Position numbers and translations under genes: made by a program
In this document: positions 57,905 to 64,000 of the stretch, in pieces
How the letters are laid out: each line of letters begins with the position of its first letter
Numbering within the stretch: position 1 is the first letter of the stretch
Notes under the pieces: generated by a model
Told to the model about the DNA's origin: nothing
What the model saw: only the letters and a program-made list of their open reading frames with translations
Database searches by the model: none
Assembly (NCBI GenBank): GCA_964057225.1
Contig: OZ059897.1
Coordinates: 22,692,001-22,756,000, forward strand
Direction of reading: 5' to 3'
Origin: Auanema rhodensis
Lineage: Eukaryota; Animalia; Nematoda
Length of the DNA: 64,000 bases

Positions 57905-60900
57905 ACTAATATGGACATGGGGAATCTAATTTTGAAAACCGCATCTCTTTATCTTTCACGTGAAGCGAGTTACATACCAAGTGCACATCACGTGTACATT
58001 TAATTAGCATAAATTAAAGTTCACGTAAAATTCAAAGTCATGGTTACCATGAAGCAATATCAATAAAAATTTGTTTTTAGACTAATATGGACATGAGGAA
58101 TCTAATTTTGAAAACCGCATCTCTTTATCTTTCACGTGAAGCGAGTTACATACCAAGTGCACATCACGTGTACATTTAATTAGCATAAATTAAAGTTCAC
58201 GTAAATTTCAAAGTCATGGTTACCATGAACCAATATCAATAAAAATTTGTTTTTAGACTAATATGGACATGGGGAATCTAATTTTGAAAACCGCATCTCT
58301 TTATCTTTCACGTGAAGCGAGTTACATACCAAGTGCACATCACGTGTACATTTAATTAGCATAAATTAAAGTTCACGTAAAATTCAAAGTCATGGTTACC
58401 ATGCACCAATATCAATAAAAATTTGTTTTTAGACTAATATGGACATGGGGAATCTAATTTTGAAAACCGCATCTCTTTATCTTTCACGTGAAGCGAGTTA
58501 CATACCAAGTGCACATCACGTGTACATTTAATTAGCATAAATTAAAGTTCACGTAAATTTCAAAGTCATGGTTACCATGAACCAATATCAATAAAAATTT
58601 GTTTTTAGACTAATATGGACATGGGGAATCTAATTTTGAAAACCGCATCTCTTAATCTTTCACGTGAAGCGAGTTACATACCAAGTGCACATCACGTGTA
58701 CATTTAATTAGCATAAATTAAAGTTCACGTAAATTTCAAAGTCATGGTTACCATGAACCAATATCAATAAAAATTTGTTTTTAGACTAATATGGACATGG
58801 GGAATCTAATTTTGGAAACCGCATCTCTTTATCTTTCACGTGAAGCGAGTTACATACCAAGTGCACATCACGTGTACATTTAATTAGCATAAATTAAAGT
58901 TCACGTAAATTTCAAAGTCATGGTTACCATGAAGCAATATCAATAAAAATTTGTTTTTAGACTAATATGGACATGGGGAATCTAATTTTGAAAACCGCAT
59001 CTCTTTATCTTTCACGTGAAGCGAGTTACATACCAAGTGCACATCACGTGTACATTTAATTAGCATAAATTAAAGTTCACGTAAATTTCAAAGTCATGGT
59101 TACCATGAACCAATATCAATAAAAATTTGTTTTTAGACTAATATGGACATGGGGAATCTAATTTTGAAAACCGCATCTCTTTATCTTTCACGTGAAGCGA
59201 GTTACATACCAAGTGCACATCACGTGTACATTTAATTAGCATAAATTAAAGTTCACGTAAATTTCAAAGTCATGGTTACCATGAACCAATAACAATAAAA
59301 ATTTGTTTTTAGACTAATATGGACATGGGGAATCTAATTTTGAAAACCGCATCTCTTTATCTTTCACGTGAAGCGAGTTACATACCAAGTGCACATCACG
59401 TGTACATTTAATTAGCATAAATTAAAGTTCACGTAAATTTCAAAGTCATGGTTACCATGAACCAATATCAATAAAAATTTGTTTTTAGACTAATATGGAC
59501 ATGGGGAATCTAATTTTGAAAACCGCATCTCTTTATCTTTCACGTGAAGCGAGTTACATACCAAGTGCACATCACGTGTACATTTAATTAGCATAAATTA
59601 AAGTTCACGTAAATTTCAAAGTCATGGTTACCATGAACCAATAACAATAAAAATTTGTTTTTAGACTAATATGGACATGGGGAATCTAATTTTGAAAACC
59701 GCATCTCTTTATCTTTCACGTGAAGCGAGTTACATACCAAGTGCACATCACGTGTACATTTAATTAGCATAAATTAAAGTTCACGTAAATTTCAAAGTCA
59801 TGGTTACCATGAACCAATATCAATAAAAATTTGTTTTTAGACTAATATGGACATGGGGAATCTAATTTTGAAAACCGCATCTCTTAATCTTTCACGTGAA
59901 GCGAGTTACATACCAAGTGCACATCACGTGTACATTTAATTAGCATAAATTAAAGTTCACGTAAATTTCAAAGTCATGGTTACCATGAACCAATATCAAT
60001 AAAAATTTGTTTTTAGACTAATATGGACATGGGGAATCTAATTTTGGAAACCGCATCTCTTTATCTTTCACGTGAAGCGAGTTACATACCAAGTGCACAT
60101 CACGTGTACATTTAATTAGCATAAATTAAAGTTCACGTAAATTTCAAAGTCATGGTTACCATGAAGCAATATCAATAAAAATTTGTTTTTAGACTAATAT
60201 GGACATGGGGAATCTAATTTTGAAAACCGCATCTCTTTATCTTTCACGTGAAGCGAGTTACATACCAAGTGCACATCACGTGTACATTTAATTAGCATAA
60301 ATTAAAGTTCACGTAAAATTCAAAGTCATGGTTACCATGAAGCAATATCAATAAAAATTTGTTTTTAGACTAATATGGACATGAGGAATCTAATTTTGAA
60401 AACCGCATCTCTTTATCTTTCACGTGAAGCGAGTTACATACCAAGTGCACATCACGTGTACATTTAATTAGCATAAATTAAAGTTCACGTAAATTTCAAA
60501 GTCTTGGTTACCATGAACCAATATCAATAAAAATTTGTTTTTAGACTAATATGGACATGGGGAATCTAATTTTGAAAACCGCATCTCTTTATCTTTCACG
60601 TGAAGCGAGTTACATACCAAGTGCACATCACGTGTACATTTAATTAGCATAAATTAAAGTTCACGTAAAATTCAAAGTCATGGTTACCATGCACCAATAT
60701 CAATAAAAATTTGTTTTTAGACTAATATGGACATGGGGAATCTAATTTTGAAAACCGCATCTCTTTATCTTTCACGTGAAGCGAGTTACATACCAAGTGC
60801 ACATCACGTGTACATTTAATTAGCATAAATTAAAGTTCACGTAAATTTCAAAGTCATGGTTACCATGAACCAATATCAATAAAAATTTGTTTTTAGACTA

Positions 60901-61952
60901 ATATGGACATGGGGAATCTAATTTTGAAAACCGCATCTCTTAATCTTTCACGTGAAGCGAGTTACATACCAAGTGCACATCACGTGTACATTTAATTAGC
61001 ATAAATTAAAGTTCACGTAAATTTCAAAGTCATGGTTACCATGAACCAATATCAATAAAAATTTGTTTTTAGACTAATATGGACATGGGGAATCTAATTT
61101 TGGAAACCGCATCTCTTTATCTTTCACGTGAAGCGAGTTACATACCAAGTGCACATCACGTGTACATTTAATTAGCATAAATTAAAGTTCACGTAAATTT
61201 CAAAGTCATGGTTACCATGAAGCAATATCAATAAAAATTTGTTTTTAGACTAATATGGACATGGGGAATCTAATTTTGAAAACCGCATCTCTTTATCTTT
61301 CACGTGAAGCGAGTTACATACCAAGTGCACATCACGTGTACATTTAATTAGCATAAATTAAAGTTCACGTAAATTTCAAAGTCATGGTTACCATGAACCA
61401 ATATCAATAAAAATTTGTTTTTAGACTAATATGGACATGGGGAATCTAATTTTGAAAACCGCATCTCTTTATCTTTCACGTGAAGCGAGTTACATACCAA
61501 GTGCACATCACGTGTACATTTAATTAGCATAAATTAAAGTTCACGTAAATTTCAAAGTCATGGTTACCATGAACCAATAACAATAAAAATTTGTTTTTAG
61601 ACTAATATGGACATGGGGAATCTAATTTTGAAAACCGCATCTCTTTATCTTTCACGTGAAGCGAGTTACATACCAAGTGCACATCACGTGTACATTTAAT
61701 TAGCATAAATTAAAGTTCACGTAAATTTCAAAGTCATGGTTACCATGAACCAATATCAATAAAAATTTGTTTTTAGACTAATATGGACATGGGGAATCTA
61801 ATTTTGAAAACCGCATCTCTTTATCTTTCACGTGAAGCGAGTTACATACCAAGTGCACATCACGTGTACATTTAATTAGCATAAATTAAAGTTCACGTAA
61901 ATTTCAAAGTCATGGTTACCATGAACCAATAACAATAAAAATTTGTTTTTAG
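57905..61952 (+). repeat. 13-monomer-offset (2288-bp) duplication
   Basis: M330-339 match M343-352: T126A+C150G / G16A / T126A+A148C / cons / T46A / A31G+C150G / cons / T156A / cons / T156A (M344 also has A136T). Confidence 0.85.
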
Positions 61953-64000
61953 ACTAATATGGACATGGGGAATCTAATTTTGAAAACCGCATCTCTTAAT
62001 CTTTCACGTGAAGCGAGTTACATACCAAGTGCACATCACGTGTACATTTAATTAGCATAAATTAAAGTTCACGTAAATTTCAAAGTCATGGTTACCATGA
62101 ACCAATATCAATAAAAATTTGTTTTTAGACTAATATGGACATGGGGAATCTAATTTTGGAAACCGCATCTCTTTATCTTTCACGTGAAGCGAGTTACATA
62201 CCAAGTGCACATCACGTGTACATTTAATTAGCATAAATTAAAGTTCACGTAAATTTCAAAGTCATGGTTACCATGAAGCAATATCAATAAAAATTTGTTT
62301 TTAGACTAATATGGACATGGGGAATCTAATTTTGAAAACCGCATCTCTTTATCTTTCACGTGAAGCGAGTTACATACCAAGTGCACATCACGTGTACATT
62401 TAATTAGCATAAATTAAAGTTCACGTAAATTTCAAAGTCATGGTTACCATGAACCAATATCAATAAAAATTTGTTTTTAGACTAATATGGACATGGGGAA
62501 TCTAATTTTGAAAACCGCATCTCTTTATCTTTCACGTGAAGCGAGTTACATACCAAGTGCACATCACGTGTACATTTAATTAGCATAAATTAAAGTTCAC
62601 GTAAATTTCAAAGTCATGGTTACCATGAACCAATAACAATAAAAATTTGTTTTTAGACTAATATGGACATGGGGAATCTAATTTTGAAAACCGCATCTCT
62701 TTATCTTTCACGTGACGCGAGTTACATACCAAGTGCACATCACGTGTACATTTAATTAGCATAAATTAAAGTTCACGTAAATTTCAAAGTCATGGTTACC
62801 ATGAAGCAATATCAATAAAAATTTGTTTTTAGACTAATATGGACATGGGGAATCTAATTTTGAAAACCGCATCTCTTTATCTTTCACGTGAAGCGAGTTA
62901 CATACCAAGTGCACATCACGTGTACATTTAATTAGCATAAATTAAAGTTCACGTAAATTTCAAAGTCATGGTTACCATGAACCAATATCAATAAAAATTT
63001 GTTTTTAGACTAATATGGACATGGGGAATCTAATTTTGAAAACCGCATCTCTTTATCTTTCACGTGAAGCGAGTTACATACCAAGTGCACATCACGTGTA
63101 CATTTAATTAGCATGAATTAAAGTTCACGTAAATTTCAAAGTCATGGTTACCATGAACCAATAACAATAAAAATTTGTTTTTAGACTAATATGGACATGG
63201 GGAATCTAATTTTGAAAACCGCATCTCTTTATCTTTCACGTGAAGCGAGTTACATACCAAGTGCACATCACGTGTACATTTAATTAGCATAAATTAAAGT
63301 TCACGTAAATTTCAAAGTCATGGTTACCATGAACCAATATCAATAAAAATTTGTTTTTAGACTAATATGGACATGGGGAATCTAATTTTGAAAACCGCAT
63401 CTCTTTATCTTTCACGTGAAGCGAGTTACATACCAAGTGCACATCACGTGTACATTTAATTAGCATAAATTAAAGTTCACGTAAATTTCAAAGTCATGGT
63501 TACCATGCACCAATATCAATAAAAATTTGTTTTTAGACTAATATGGACATGGGGAATCTAATTTTGAAAACCGCATCTCTTTATCTTTCACGTGAAGCGA
63601 GTTACATACCAAGTGCACATCACGTGTACATTTAATTAGCATAAATTAAAGTTCACGTAAATTTCAAAGTCATGGTTACCATGCTCCAATATCAATAAAA
63701 ATTTGTTTTTAGACTAATATGGACATGGGGAATCTAATTTTGAAAACCGCATCTCTTTATCTTTCACGTGAAGCGAGTTACATACCAAGTGCACATCACG
63801 TGTACATTTAATTAGCATAAATTAAAGTTCACGTAAATTTCAAAGTCATGGTTACCATGCACCAATATCAATAAAAATTTGTTTTTAGACTAATATGGAC
63901 ATGGGGAATCTAATTTTGAAAACCGCATCTCTTTATCTTTCACGTGAAGCGAGTTACATACCAAGTGCATATCACGTGTACATTTAATTAGCATAAATTA

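Larger units (their letters stand above)
1..64000. repeat. 176-bp tandem satellite DNA array (363.6 monomers), candidate centromeric/pericentromeric satellite
   Basis: ACTAATATGGACATG recurs at 1, 177, 353 and so on, and is still in exact phase at 63889 (=363x176+1). The consensus has 56/176 G+C. Monomers carry 0-4 substitutions. The array runs off both window ends. The repeat is seen directly; a centromeric role is inferred only from monomer size and homogeneity. Confidence 0.99.

Noticed and set aside
1-64000. CRISPR array or other repeat-spacer system
   Set aside because: There are no unique spacers. The full 176 bp is repeated and no cas or other genes are present.
1-64000. Tandem 5S rRNA, tRNA, snRNA or spliced-leader gene array
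   Set aside because: I see no recognisable 5S sequence, tRNA cloverleaf or Pol III A/B boxes. An Rfam/Infernal scan would be the definitive test.

Overview
The whole 64,000-bp window is one uninterrupted head-to-tail array of a 176-bp AT-rich (about 32% GC) satellite monomer: 363 complete copies plus a 112-bp partial copy, all in the same orientation. Consensus: ACTAATATGGACATGGGGAATCTAATTTTGAAAACCGCATCTCTTTATCTTTCACGTGAAGCGAGTTACATACCAAGTGCACATCACGTGTACATTTAATTAGCATAAATTAAAGTTCACGTAAATTTCAAAGTCATGGTTACCATGAACCAATATCAATAAAAATTTGTTTTTAG. Monomer n (Mn) starts at 176(n-1)+1, and variants are given in monomer coordinates. Each monomer differs from consensus by only 0-4 substitutions. I saw no length change, inversion, transposon insertion, gene, RNA gene or CRISPR array. 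Nucleosome-sized monomers, very high homogeneity and dense dyad symmetry make this look like a eukaryotic centromeric or pericentromeric satellite, but that function is inference and I do not recognise the family or organism. The real information is in the order of variant monomers, which I scored by eye. It shows nested tandem duplications (2-, 4-, 5-, 10-, 13-, 15- and 35-mers), a roughly 17-kb segmental duplication, a relic ordered cassette from an older higher-order repeat, alternating variant-rich and variant-poor domains, and signs of short-tract exchange between monomers. I found no evidence of a novel coding system.
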